64,000 nucleotides of DNA from an uncultured Thermoplasmata archaeon (GCA_963719945.1 CAVRDX010000004.1:288001-352000); one strand, 5' to 3'; shown: positions 49,463-59,893, counted from the stretch's first letter. Numbers and translations: made by a program. The notes: generated by a model from the letters alone, not told the origin.

Positions 49463-50011
49463 ATGGTGAACATCATGGAAAGACCTCCTGGAGTTGCCCC
49501 GTTCTTGGAACCATCTCCTCAGCCGGTACAGACACCTTCGAACCGAAACTGCATCACATGCGGTCGCGCTATCGCTTGGCAGTCGAATGTATGCCCATAC
49601 TGCGGTCACGACTATAGGCTCGCAGTGGGACCACCGCTAAAGCCCAGGTCTTCGAAGCCTGCGGTGGCAGGCGTCCTCATCCTCCTGGCTGGTCTCTTTG
49701 CGTTGGGCCAGGGCATGTTCCTTGCTATGGCGGACAATGCGTTCATAGAGAGCATGGATCAAGCCACTTTGAACGAGGCGGGCTATTCGATATCTGAGAT
49801 CAGAGAACTCATGAATGCCTGTGGCCTGATCGGCATGCTGTTCGGTGTGATAGCGATCATAGGCGGGGCGATCGCTTTCACCCGCAAGCATTACATGTTG
49901 GCCATGATGGGAGCGGTATTCGCGATCCTCGGATTCGGATTCATAATAGGTTCGGTCTTTGGCCTGATTGGTATAATACTGCTCGTGATGTCGAAGCAGG
50001 AATTCGAATGA
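49463..50011 (+). CDS. Zinc-ribbon plus multi-TM membrane protein, paralog 1
   Basis: CITCGRAI..NVCPYCGHDY, TMs, ends SKQEF. Confidence 0.85.
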   Translation: MVNIMERPPGVAPFLEPSPQPVQTPSNRNCITCGRAIAWQSNVCPYCGHDYRLAVGPPLKPRSSKPAVAGVLILLAGLFALGQGMFLAMADNAFIESMDQATLNEAGYSISEIRELMNACGLIGMLFGVIAIIGGAIAFTRKHYMLAMMGAVFAILGFGFIIGSVFGLIGIILLVMSKQEFE

Positions 50012-50164
50012 ACCGAATGTCTAGATGATCGTGCCTATCAGTAGACTGGCAGATGTCCGTTTCGAGGGACAATAAAATCATAGAAACTGTTTTATAATTT
50101 CCTTTGCCATTTCATATTCGGACTGGTGGGGTGCACCCACCTATCCTATTCAGGAGGTAAAAAC

Positions 50165-50617
50165 TTGACATCAGCACCTGTTAGCACTCCCTCTAGGAAC
50201 TGTGTTTCCTGTGGTCGTTCGATTTCTTGGGACGCGAACGTGTGTCCATATTGTGGTCACGATTTCAGAGTGGCAATGGCTGGACCTGCAGGTATGCAGA
50301 AGAAGGACTCGTCGATGCCGCTCGTAGCTGGAATACTGTTGATAATCTGCAGCTTGGGATACTTCGGTATCGGGATATGGTTCATGGGCGCCGGGACATC
50401 GATCATGGGTTTGACCGAGGACGTTGGCGGAGACATATTTGCTGCTTGTGGCGCTCTGATTGCGGTCCTCGGCGTCATAGTGCTCTTGGGCGGCGTGTTC
50501 TCGATTCAGAAGAGGCATTTCGGCCTGGCATTGGTCGCTTCGATACTCTCCCTCGGGACAATGTTGGGGATCGTAGCCCTGATTTTGGTCATCATTTCGA
50601 AGGACGAGTTCACGTAG
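50165..50617 (+). CDS. Zinc-ribbon plus multi-TM membrane protein, paralog 2
   Basis: CVSCGRSI..NVCPYCGHDF, ends SKDEF; TTG start after GGAGGT. Confidence 0.85.
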   Translation: MTSAPVSTPSRNCVSCGRSISWDANVCPYCGHDFRVAMAGPAGMQKKDSSMPLVAGILLIICSLGYFGIGIWFMGAGTSIMGLTEDVGGDIFAACGALIAVLGVIVLLGGVFSIQKRHFGLALVASILSLGTMLGIVALILVIISKDEFT

Positions 50618-50747
50618 GAACCAGCGTCCGAAACCCCTTCAGTAAACCATTCCAGTTCATTTTCCAGAGAATCAATGTTGGAAAGCTATCTAGTCGCGAA
50701 ATCTCTTTCATTGTCAGAAGCAGCCGGACTATCTCAGAATCGGTGGT

Positions 50748-51137
50748 GTGCTGGTCATCATCTCGTCAATATTGACTCTCGTGTTCGTCATCTCACACCG
50801 ATCCTACTACGAGGACGATAACTCATCGTCTTTCTTGAGCGCATCCCAATCCCTGTTAGATGCCTTCCTATTCTTGCACTGCATCTCCGGGATTTCAGGA
50901 GTCTTTGGTGGAATACTCGCTCTACTGAAGACGAGATACCGATTGTCTCTGGCTCTATGTCTGATAAGCTCGCTCGGATTGGCTTTCATGTTGTCGCTCG
51001 CAGGCTCGGCGCTTATAGCCATATCAAAGAATGATTTCAGTGAGATGAGATTGAAGAAGAGTGTTGATTGGCTTGATAACAACCCTGCATCTGGAGACCA
51101 ACTCGAACATAACACGATGGTCCGCAGAGGTGGATGA
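50748..51137 (+). CDS. Related membrane protein lacking the zinc ribbon (start uncertain)
   Basis: GGILAL..RYRLSL..ISKNDF matches the paralog C-terminus. Confidence 0.6.
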   Translation: MLVIISSILTLVFVISHRSYYEDDNSSSFLSASQSLLDAFLFLHCISGISGVFGGILALLKTRYRLSLALCLISSLGLAFMLSLAGSALIAISKNDFSEMRLKKSVDWLDNNPASGDQLEHNTMVRRGG

Positions 51138-51138
51138 G

Positions 51139-51639
51139 ATGGTGTCTTCACAACGCTGCATTGGCTGTGACCTGCAAGTGCCAGACGATTCCAGGTTCTG
51201 CCCGCATTGTGGCTTCAACCTCAGGGTCCTCACCGAAGACCTCGTTGCTCCCAACAAGGATGATAACTTGCTCAAGATATCAGGAGTCCTCCTCATACTC
51301 ATAGGCATATCGACCATCGTGAGTTCGGCACTCTTGATCTATTTCTACATCGATTTGGCGGGGAGTGATGATATCAGCGATGTGACCGCCCATCAGCTGA
51401 TGCTGCTGTCGGTGAATATGCTCGTTGGTGGAATCATAGTCACAGGCGGGATTCGCGCGATGACGGGCAACAACTTCGTCTTTGTGATCATATGCAGCGT
51501 CCTCGCCCTGTCGAACTCCTACTACGTATTATTATTGGCCTCGTACTTCAGCTCCAGCACATACGTATCCTTTAGCGGAGCGATCAGTCTGGCCGCTGTC
51601 ATATTCATAGTGTCCATCAGGGATAGATTCGTGAGTTGA
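51139..51639 (+). CDS. Zinc-ribbon plus multi-TM membrane protein, paralog 4
   Basis: CIGC..FCPHCG, four TMs, ends IRDRF; GAGGTGG RBS. Confidence 0.8.
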   Translation: MVSSQRCIGCDLQVPDDSRFCPHCGFNLRVLTEDLVAPNKDDNLLKISGVLLILIGISTIVSSALLIYFYIDLAGSDDISDVTAHQLMLLSVNMLVGGIIVTGGIRAMTGNNFVFVIICSVLALSNSYYVLLLASYFSSSTYVSFSGAISLAAVIFIVSIRDRFVS

Positions 51640-51667
51640 GGTTCTCCGTGCCAGCCACACGACCCGT

Positions 51668-52606
51668 TCAGATCCTCTTTATCATGCCGAGCTCTGGCTC
51701 GTAGACGTCGCCCTTGTCTAGGAGGCTCGCGACGATCTCCTCAAGCCGCACCTTGTCGATCTTCTTCGACTTCGCGGCTTCCACCAGCTTGTCCCATTGG
51801 GCCCCTTTGCCTCCGGAGCTCAGGCCATCTATGAGCGCGAGCACGGTGCCATCCTCGTCGGTGCCGACCTCGACATCGCTCATCTCGTCCTCGCCAGAAG
51901 CTTTCTCCTTCTTCGCGGCTGCGGGCATGGCCTTCTGCTTCGGGACCGCTGGCGATGGTGCACTCTCCTCCGCGTGGTTAGACCACTTCTCTGGGAGGAC
52001 TGACCGGAGGGCTTCTCGGACCGAGTTCCTGAATCGTTCCAGGTCTATGTCCTTGTAGTACTCGACCGCCTTTACGACGCCGTCCGCCAGATTCTCGGGA
52101 TATCCGAGCTTCATCAGTTCGTTGACGCTCGGTTCGGCCATCTGCATCGCGTCCCTGACGGCGTCGATCCTGAGAAGCGTGCTCTTGGCCGCCTCGAGGA
52201 TCCAATGATCCCTCATCTCGGCGTCGACCTCGATGACGTTCTCGGGCCTGATGCTGAGGTACTTCACCCCTTCCTCCGGGGAGTACGCCCTGCTCTTCCC
52301 GACGACGGCGGCGAACGCCGGAGGCGACATCTTCGACAGGGACCTGGCCGCAGTCGGTTGATACTCGCCGGCTGATACGTAGAATGTACCTGTCGGATCA
52401 GTTATCTTCGCCCTGTACCTCGACTTACCTTCCCCACCTACCTCTTCTATGTCTGTGGCCACACCGACGATCATCATCCTGTTGACCTTCGCTCCGAGCG
52501 GGGTGATTATGTATGATGCGGGTTTCTCGCCCTCGCCCGTGTACTCCAATGTGGATGAGTTGTACTCCTCGGCGAATATCCGCCACGCGACCTCGCGGGC
52601 GTTCAT
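51668..52606 (-). CDS. RPA-associated OB-fold protein (RPA32-like) with C-terminal winged helix
   Basis: REVAWRIFA, TPLGAKVNR, DPTGTF, IRPE, GDVYEP; directly downstream of RPA. Confidence 0.9.
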   Translation of the reverse strand: MNAREVAWRIFAEEYNSSTLEYTGEGEKPASYIITPLGAKVNRMMIVGVATDIEEVGGEGKSRYRAKITDPTGTFYVSAGEYQPTAARSLSKMSPPAFAAVVGKSRAYSPEEGVKYLSIRPENVIEVDAEMRDHWILEAAKSTLLRIDAVRDAMQMAEPSVNELMKLGYPENLADGVVKAVEYYKDIDLERFRNSVREALRSVLPEKWSNHAEESAPSPAVPKQKAMPAAAKKEKASGEDEMSDVEVGTDEDGTVLALIDGLSSGGKGAQWDKLVEAAKSKKIDKVRLEEIVASLLDKGDVYEPELGMIKRI

Positions 52607-53922
52607 CTGCTATCCTCCAGGTCGACAAGGAGTTTCTCGACTTCCTGTTTGACATCGTCGAATCCGAGCCTGGCGTCCCTGACTATCATAGAGAGGCCGT
52701 AATCGTCAGAAGTCACGTTCCCTGAGAGGGTGATGATCTTCAGCATCAGCCGCTCCTCCACTATGTCCTTGACGATGTCGAAGTTCATGGCCTGCTTCGC
52801 CTTCTCCATGCACTCGTCGAGGGTCGTGTCGGCCAGGTTCTCCGTGAGTTCGCGCCCTATGACCACGCTGACAGCTCCACTGCCGTCGTCAACTATGGCC
52901 TTGATCCTTAGGTCCGGCACTCCATCCACGCGTCCGTGTACTTTGCACATGCCCTTCTGGAGCGCGCGCTTGCACTCCGGGCATCTCATGATGAGCCCAG
53001 AGCCGTCACGCACCTCTATCAGGGCGCCCTTGATCGTCACATCGGCCGCCCCTCCCTTGGAGACTATGTCGGATATCATGGACATACCGGTCTTCTGGAG
53101 CTCTTCGATCGTCGGGAACTTCTCCTTCACCTTCGTGACGTCTGCGCGGTCGTCGAAGTTGAGCTGCGGGATGCCCCTCCAGCCTTTCACGGTCCCTTTC
53201 GATATCCTGAGTATGTCCCCTTGTTTCACTTTGAAATCAGACCACGCGGTGAACTGCACCTTGCCGGTCTCGTCAGCTATCACGCCAGAGAATATCTTCT
53301 TCGGCTCGCCCTTGACCACGACTTCCCTGTCCTCGACCGAGAGCACGCGGCCCTTGGTCTGCACATAGCCCATGCCCTCTCGGAGGTCGTTGATGGTAAC
53401 GATCTTCGGAGGACCGTCGGCGACCTGTATATCCCCGATCGTGGCCGCATCCTCCTTCTTGATGGTCACCCTGTTGCCGAAATTGATCTGCACACGTCCC
53501 TGGTACTCCCTCGTGTACGCACCCTTGACTGAGATGACCTCTCCCTTCGACAGCTGCAGCCCCTCGGTCTCCCAGGCGGTGTACGGAAGGGTCGTGGACT
53601 CGTCACCTATGAATCCGTAGATTATCCTCTTCTTCTCGCCCTTCGAAGTGATCTCCTTGTCATTCGCCGAGAGCACCTTAGCGACGAAATCGACGTTCGG
53701 CTCGTTGGGCCGTATCTCAGCCAACTTCCTCTGAAAACCCACGGAGAAGTCCTTCATCTCGCCACCGTATCTCTTCACGATGGTCTCCTTGGCCTTTGGT
53801 ATGCTGAGCCTGTAGACGTCGACGTATTTCTTCAGCTCTTCAGCGATCTCATCCTCAGACAACTTATCCCCGAGCGCCCTGGCGATCTCTTGTACGTGGG
53901 GCGCTAGATTTTCTATCTCCAT
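52603..53922 (-). CDS. rpa: Replication protein A (multi OB-fold with zinc finger)
   Basis: OB repeats (GDES..YTAW, ADETG..FTAW), CPEC..CKVH, DLRIKAIVDDG. Confidence 0.92.
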   Translation of the reverse strand: MEIENLAPHVQEIARALGDKLSEDEIAEELKKYVDVYRLSIPKAKETIVKRYGGEMKDFSVGFQRKLAEIRPNEPNVDFVAKVLSANDKEITSKGEKKRIIYGFIGDESTTLPYTAWETEGLQLSKGEVISVKGAYTREYQGRVQINFGNRVTIKKEDAATIGDIQVADGPPKIVTINDLREGMGYVQTKGRVLSVEDREVVVKGEPKKIFSGVIADETGKVQFTAWSDFKVKQGDILRISKGTVKGWRGIPQLNFDDRADVTKVKEKFPTIEELQKTGMSMISDIVSKGGAADVTIKGALIEVRDGSGLIMRCPECKRALQKGMCKVHGRVDGVPDLRIKAIVDDGSGAVSVVIGRELTENLADTTLDECMEKAKQAMNFDIVKDIVEERLMLKIITLSGNVTSDDYGLSMIVRDARLGFDDVKQEVEKLLVDLEDSR

Positions 53923-54102
53923 TATAAATCCCCCAATGTTGTGGAGCAGCCGTTTTGTTCTCTGCTGCTGAGTATGGGAGTGTGGATTGCTCATATAAAT
54001 GGGTCTGTTAGAGGTACGCGAAAGTAGGGGGTCAGTACGCATGATTCCGAGCAAAGGTTATTGAAATGGAGGGGTATCACGGTCTAGTCGGGGGATACTA
54101 GC

Positions 54103-55347
54103 GTGAGGTTTAGGAAGGGGAGATTGGCAGCCTGTATGTTTATCGGACTCTTGATCATGATGCCCGTGAGCGTCCTGGGTCTGCCACAAGCGAACGATGA
54201 TGATGTCAAGGAATGGACGATGCTCGTGTTCTGGTGCGCAGACAACAACCTGGAGTTCTGCACTGAGTTCGCGATGGACGCTTGGGAGCGGTCGCTCACG
54301 AGCAATGAAGAGGTCAACGTGGTCGCGATGGTAGACCTCCTCTCTGTCGAAGGCACCTGGATATACGAAGTCAAGGACGGGGATTCGAAAGTGGTCAAGG
54401 AATATCCAGAACTCAACACTTCGGATCCGGCTGTGCTGAAGATGTTCGTGAATTATGGACTGGACATGTATCCTTCCGAGAAGACCCTATTGGTCGTGCA
54501 GGACCACGGCTATGGATGGCGTGGGATGTGCAAGGACGAGACCAACGGTAGCTCGTTGATGTCGGTGGACGGTCTCGCGAACGCCCTGCTCGACGTCAAG
54601 AACGACCGGGACGGCAAAGGCGTCGACATCCTGGCGTTCGATGCATGCAGCATGTCGACCATAGAGGTCGCCTACGAATTCAGGGACGCGGTATCGTATC
54701 TGGTGGCCTCGCAGACAGTGGTGCCATACGACGGCCTTCCGTACATGATGACGGTGAGCGACATGGTCGCATATCCAGAGATGTCTCCCGAAGAACTCGC
54801 AGCGGACATCGTGGAGGATTATGTCGAGTATTACAGTGACAAGCAGGCCTACGAGCACATCTATTCATATAATCAGGATTTCTCCACAGTCGCCGCGCTG
54901 AACATGTCCTACATGGGGGATGTCGGAGACGCGTTCATAACGTTCACTGAGGTGTTGTCATCCGAGATGGACAAACACCTGAAGCATGTGATGTCTGCCC
55001 GCATGGACGCCACGCTCGGCATCTGGGCGAACATAGGCGGATGGGAGTGGCAACCGGACCTCGGTGTGTTCATGGAGGATCTCGTGGGTGTGATCAGTCC
55101 GGAACTCGATGCTGCAATCGAGGACTACTTCGAGGCGCTAGACGACGCGATGGTGCTCGAGGCACACAGTGACAGGTACGACGACAAGGTCCATGGCCTG
55201 AACGTGTTCTTCCCGCCGTCTCAGTCGATGTATGATTCGTGCGCCTATTGGTGGGCGATGCAGTTCGTGTACCACGAGAGCAATCTGGACATCGTCTCGG
55301 AATCTCAATGGTACCAGTGCCTGATGACATACTACGGCACGGTCTGA
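54103..55347 (+). CDS. Secreted clostripain-family (C11) cysteine peptidase
   Basis: Signal peptide, WT..F..ADNNLE, QDHGYGW (His), FDACSM (Cys). Confidence 0.92.
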   Translation: MRFRKGRLAACMFIGLLIMMPVSVLGLPQANDDDVKEWTMLVFWCADNNLEFCTEFAMDAWERSLTSNEEVNVVAMVDLLSVEGTWIYEVKDGDSKVVKEYPELNTSDPAVLKMFVNYGLDMYPSEKTLLVVQDHGYGWRGMCKDETNGSSLMSVDGLANALLDVKNDRDGKGVDILAFDACSMSTIEVAYEFRDAVSYLVASQTVVPYDGLPYMMTVSDMVAYPEMSPEELAADIVEDYVEYYSDKQAYEHIYSYNQDFSTVAALNMSYMGDVGDAFITFTEVLSSEMDKHLKHVMSARMDATLGIWANIGGWEWQPDLGVFMEDLVGVISPELDAAIEDYFEALDDAMVLEAHSDRYDDKVHGLNVFFPPSQSMYDSCAYWWAMQFVYHESNLDIVSESQWYQCLMTYYGTV

Positions 55348-55362
55348 TACGAGGGTGACAGT

Positions 55363-56124
55363 TCACTCGTCCGGGATGGAGCCGAGTCTATCGGCTTGCC
55401 AGCCAACGAGGGAGATCCGCTCCCTACCCATCAGCTGGTCCACTCCATCGTATCTTTCCCTCATGGCCTCCATGGCCTGCTCGTGCACATCGTCCGGGAC
55501 GTCCCATTGGTCGGAGAAAGTCCTGGTCTGGTAATTCTCGATCATCACGCCCGCATGGACGGGGTGGATGTGCCTTGCGATCTCCCTGGATGTGTCCGGT
55601 TCTAGCACCTCCGTGAGCTCGATCTCCCTGAGTCCCAGGTCTATCAACGGATACCCTAGCTCTTCGCAAGTGTCCGCGTAGAACCGTCTGAGATCCTCCA
55701 CTTCGGAGTCCTCTTTGGAGAAAACGACCGAGAGCATCCGCCCTGTGGTGACCCTGGCGATCTCCTGCAATGCGCCCTCCCAGTCCGATATGAGATGCAT
55801 GACATGGACGCTTATCGCGTCCTCGAAGGAATCGTCGGCGAACGGGAGACAGCACATGTCCGCTCGGACGAGGTCGGCCGTCCCCTTCTGAGCCGCCTTG
55901 CCCAACATGCGTTTCGATAAGTCCACCCCGATGACGGAGAACCCCATTTCCTGGAGCGGCTTCGCGAACCTGCCAGTACCGACTCCTGCATCCAATGTCC
56001 TGCCGTCCACGCTGAGTTCCTGTTCGAGCGCTCTGACGATGGTCGTCATGATGTCGTCAGGGTACTTCCTCGTCTCGTCGAACTTGTCGGCGACCCGGTC
56101 GAACGATTTGGAATTATCCGTCAT
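55363..56124 (-). CDS. Class I SAM-dependent methyltransferase
   Basis: LDAGVGTGR, GVDLS..ML, LPFADDSF. Confidence 0.92.
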   Translation of the reverse strand: MTDNSKSFDRVADKFDETRKYPDDIMTTIVRALEQELSVDGRTLDAGVGTGRFAKPLQEMGFSVIGVDLSKRMLGKAAQKGTADLVRADMCCLPFADDSFEDAISVHVMHLISDWEGALQEIARVTTGRMLSVVFSKEDSEVEDLRRFYADTCEELGYPLIDLGLREIELTEVLEPDTSREIARHIHPVHAGVMIENYQTRTFSDQWDVPDDVHEQAMEAMRERYDGVDQLMGRERISLVGWQADRLGSIPDE

Positions 56125-56225
56125 GGTCCCATTGGGCAATCATGTGCCTGGTAATTCAATGATGCGATTGCGACGACCTAGCTCGCGCTGGAATATCGAG
56201 ATAATAAAAGATGAAGTTTGAGAAC

Positions 56226-56837
56226 TCACTGCGTGAATGTCTCGCCCTTCTCGTACTTCTCCCTGAGGTGCTTGAGGATGATCTCCCTGTCCCTCCTCAG
56301 GTGGCTCTCGTACCAGACCTTGATGACATCCGCGAGTATCTCGTGGTACTTCTTCTCGTCGAACTTGGCGATCGGCAAGTCCATGAGCACGTAGTTGCTG
56401 AAGATCCTCTTCCATCCAGCGTACTTGTAGTAGTGCTCTCCCTCGCAAAATTCGAATGCGAGCCTGAAATTGGTCTGGCTGTCGACACTGTAGAACCATG
56501 CCTTGAGCGAGTCTCCGACCCTTCCCTGGGTGCGGTCCGTGAGCGCGACGTTCTCTACGCCGCCGAAGTTGAAGTCCGGCTTGAGGTCCCACTGCTCAGG
56601 ATACACGACGAAGTGGGCGAAATTGGACGGCTCGGGCGACATCGTGTAGTGCACGTTGATCTTGTTGAACCTGATCCAGATTCTGAAGAGGTCCTGTAGT
56701 AGGTTCCTGTTGATCGCTATCTTTGATGTGTTCTGCTCGACCAGGTTGTCGGTGATCTGGAGTGTCTTCTTCTCGAGCTCCTCGTCGAGCGTTGCGAACC
56801 AATCAGCTTCTTTCTCTTCGGCCTTGGCCATGCGCAT
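56226..56837 (-). CDS. Conserved hypothetical soluble protein
   Basis: 203-aa ORF with strong C/G-ending codon usage; no family recognised. Confidence 0.8.
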   Translation of the reverse strand: MRMAKAEEKEADWFATLDEELEKKTLQITDNLVEQNTSKIAINRNLLQDLFRIWIRFNKINVHYTMSPEPSNFAHFVVYPEQWDLKPDFNFGGVENVALTDRTQGRVGDSLKAWFYSVDSQTNFRLAFEFCEGEHYYKYAGWKRIFSNYVLMDLPIAKFDEKKYHEILADVIKVWYESHLRRDREIILKHLREKYEKGETFTQ

Positions 56838-57003
56838 CCCTTTGAATGGTCATGATATTACATGAATATAAGACTTTGGTATTTATTCAGAACGACGATT
56901 ATTTTTCTGGCTACCCCTGATTTGCCGTTCGGAAGGGTCTTCGCGCAAACGGCTTCCCACAGCAACGTAGAAGTAACCAAATCTGGTTCACGGAAGAGAT
57001 ACC

Positions 57004-57513
57004 ATGGACTTCTGGGATTCGCTAATCACTTGGTTGGACCAGTATCAGGCAGATCCCGTCACCTACCTGTTCCTTTTCTTCCTCTTCTGCATCGCCGCGG
57101 CAATCATACTCCCGATACCCGTGGAGATACTGCTGGTCGTGCCAGGCGTCCCATTCGTGTACAAAGCGATAGTCATGGGCCTCGGGAAAGGTGTCGGGGC
57201 ATTTGCCGTATTCTACATAGGTGGGGAGATCGAACAGGTCGTGCGGAGGTTCTCTCGATGGCGATGGTTCAAGTGGCTTCTAGATAAGAGCGAGATATTC
57301 GTCAGAAGGTACGGGTATGTCGCGATGTATCTGATAATGTCCATACCTGGCATGGTGGACACCATACCCCTCTACATATTCTCGATCCTGAACAAAGAGG
57401 GCGAGCTCATGACGCTCAAAGGCTTCGTCATCGTCAATGTGATGGCTGGGATGACCCGGGCGGCGCTGATCTACACACTGTTCTTCATCTTCGACATACA
57501 GCTCTTCGGCTGA
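57004..57513 (+). CDS. DedA/VTT (YqaA-like) membrane protein
   Basis: ILPIPVE, RRYG, SIPG..D. Confidence 0.82.
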   Translation: MDFWDSLITWLDQYQADPVTYLFLFFLFCIAAAIILPIPVEILLVVPGVPFVYKAIVMGLGKGVGAFAVFYIGGEIEQVVRRFSRWRWFKWLLDKSEIFVRRYGYVAMYLIMSIPGMVDTIPLYIFSILNKEGELMTLKGFVIVNVMAGMTRAALIYTLFFIFDIQLFG

Positions 57514-57545
57514 TAATCTATCAGAAGCCTTTAATTGCGTACAGG

Positions 57546-57932
57546 GTGATTCTCGGCCGTCGAGGTATCTGGATGGATGTCGGCGCTCCCGAGGCAGGTC
57601 TGCCTATCGGCAAGGATATGATCGCGGTACTGGGCATGCACGAGGTGCTCGTGAGGAAGTATGAGGCATCTCCTATCAAGCTCAAGTTCGTCCTGGATTC
57701 ACAACGCAGGGAACGAGTGGACGGCCATTTCGAGATGGAGTACGAGTTCAGCAGCGGCTCCGAGCTGTCCATACGCGCGAAACTGAACGGGAACGATATG
57801 GTGTTCGAAATCTACAAGGCCCGTGGCCGGTTCAACTTCTCGATCGACATCCGCAAGTGCGTCAGCGACGACCTGGTGCCGATATCAAAGTCAGAATACG
57901 AGGACATGGTCGCCCACTGGCTCCGTGCTTGA
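57546..57932 (+). CDS. Hypothetical protein
   Basis: 128-aa ORF with coding-like codon use; start uncertain. Confidence 0.7.
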   Translation: MILGRRGIWMDVGAPEAGLPIGKDMIAVLGMHEVLVRKYEASPIKLKFVLDSQRRERVDGHFEMEYEFSSGSELSIRAKLNGNDMVFEIYKARGRFNFSIDIRKCVSDDLVPISKSEYEDMVAHWLRA

Positions 57933-57936
57933 ACGG

Positions 57937-58689
57937 TCAGGTGATCTTCTCAACGGTCTTCAGCATCACGAGGTTGTTTTCCATCTCCAGTTCGAAGAGC
58001 TTCTGCGGCACGGTCGTCATCCTCATCTTGGGGATGCTCAGATAGTGCCTCATCCTGTCTCCTGAGCGGTCGGTCCTGATCTCCATGACGCCGTCGAAAT
58101 CGTGGGCCATCATGCTGAACAATTCCTCCCTGATGCCTATCGGGAACGTATGAAAGACGACGGTCTCGAACGCCCGGAGGTCGGCGAAAGCTCTCCTTCC
58201 CCACCGCATGATCTCTATCGGCGATCGCCCTGTCAGTGTGCCGGGGACGCTCTCGCAGACCGCCCTCAGACCTTTCAGGTTCGACAGCCGCTCAACGGCC
58301 GTCGCCAGACCGTCCTGGAGCATGCGCTCGTCGTCTACCTCTGTGACGGGTATTATCTTGTGCTGTATCTCCTGCTCGACGCCCATGGCAGAAGTCCGCT
58401 TGTGAAGGGAGTAACAATCGAGTATGATGAGCTGGTCGTTCGCGACGGCTTCCAGCATATCGAACCCCTGCTGCTTCATGCTCCTCATCAGGCTTGCGAC
58501 AGGTCGTGACAGACAGCAATAGATCGCGGGGAAACCGTGCTTCACGCCCTCGGCTATGAACTGCTGTAGAATACATTCCGTGAAATTCGACGGCTCCGCC
58601 CTGATGGCGACCGTCGAATTGGTCGGTATCCCACCCTGCAGAAGCGTGTCCAATCCATGGACGCCGCATGGCACCCTTGCGATTATCAT
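57937..58689 (-). CDS. KaiC/RAD55-like RecA-fold protein with degenerate Walker motifs
   Basis: GLDTLLQGGIP, ILDCYS, DGVMEI, IPKMR; Walker A position reads AEPSNFTE. Confidence 0.85.
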   Translation of the reverse strand: MIIARVPCGVHGLDTLLQGGIPTNSTVAIRAEPSNFTECILQQFIAEGVKHGFPAIYCCLSRPVASLMRSMKQQGFDMLEAVANDQLIILDCYSLHKRTSAMGVEQEIQHKIIPVTEVDDERMLQDGLATAVERLSNLKGLRAVCESVPGTLTGRSPIEIMRWGRRAFADLRAFETVVFHTFPIGIREELFSMMAHDFDGVMEIRTDRSGDRMRHYLSIPKMRMTTVPQKLFELEMENNLVMLKTVEKIT

Positions 58690-58759
58690 CTTCCTCTGCG
58701 TGGGATGGCCGCCGTGAGTATTTGCCGTTTGCTGCAGCCTGCGACGTTGCGGGTGCCCC

Positions 58760-59722
58760 TCATCTGCTGGGCGGCGACTCTATCACGGTCTCGGGTTCGT
58801 CCTTGTGTGCGAACCTGATGAGCAGGACTGCCGTTATGACGAGGGCGATGCCAGCGATCTGTATCCCGTTGATCGCCTCGTTTATGATGATGACTGCGAG
58901 TATGACGCCAGCGACAGGCTCGATGCCTGCGATTATGCTCGCCTTGCTGGCCTCGATGTGTCCGAGTGCCATCATGGCCACCACGAATGCGATCGTGCCT
59001 GGCACCAGTCCGATGAGGAAGATGTACAGCCAGGCATCCGTGCTGAGAGAAGTCTCGATCAGAGCGAAAGGATTGACTATCACGATCAGGGCCGGAAGCA
59101 TCAGTATGGACATGTACAGCGCGACCGTGTTGGACGAGTACTTCACCATGAACTTCTTCGCCCAGAGATAGTAGACCGCCGCGGCTACTGCCGTGAAGAG
59201 GCCGAGTCCTATCCCCCAGATGTTGAGCCGCATGTTTTCGAGGTCGTAGGCCCCAGCGATCAGGATCGCTCCTATGAATGTCAGTGGGAGCGCGACCGCC
59301 TTGACCGCCGTCATCTTCTCACCGAGGAGGAACACCGAGGCGACGGTGACCATGCTGGGATAGGTGTACAGGAGTATGACTGCGGTCGCGACCGATGTCA
59401 TGTCGATCGCGTTGTACCATGCGAGCGAGAAGAGCGCACCCGTGATGGTTGCGAATATGAACAACGCAGGGAGGTCTCGCGCGCTCACCCTGAACGCCTT
59501 CTTGTCGAACACGGCGAGGATGACTATGAGCACAATCGTGCCTGACAGTGCTGCGAACACGGCCACCTCGTTTGCAGTCGCACCTTTTTCGTCTATGACG
59601 ATCTTCGTCAATGTGCCCGAAGTGCCCCACAGCACTGCCGCTGCTGCCATCATCCCATATGCCATGTTCTTGGTTATCTTCACCACAGCGGGCACCTTTG
59701 ACAGGGGTACGGCAATTCCCAT
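58760..59722 (-). CDS. EamA/DMT family transporter
   Basis: About ten TMs, LWGT, LLYTYP, IEPV. Confidence 0.92.
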   Translation of the reverse strand: MGIAVPLSKVPAVVKITKNMAYGMMAAAAVLWGTSGTLTKIVIDEKGATANEVAVFAALSGTIVLIVILAVFDKKAFRVSARDLPALFIFATITGALFSLAWYNAIDMTSVATAVILLYTYPSMVTVASVFLLGEKMTAVKAVALPLTFIGAILIAGAYDLENMRLNIWGIGLGLFTAVAAAVYYLWAKKFMVKYSSNTVALYMSILMLPALIVIVNPFALIETSLSTDAWLYIFLIGLVPGTIAFVVAMMALGHIEASKASIIAGIEPVAGVILAVIIINEAINGIQIAGIALVITAVLLIRFAHKDEPETVIESPPSR

Positions 59723-59893
59723 GATGAACCTACCCCTGAGTCCTTATGAACGTGAGGCTGTAAGGCAACAGTGTTATAAGATATCACGGTGTTTACGGAC
59801 ACCGCGCGGGATTGCAGATCTTTTGGGGGAGAAGCATGGCGAACACCTCGATTCTGGTTCGTGGTGTCAGCTCTGGAGCTAATCGATGACTCA

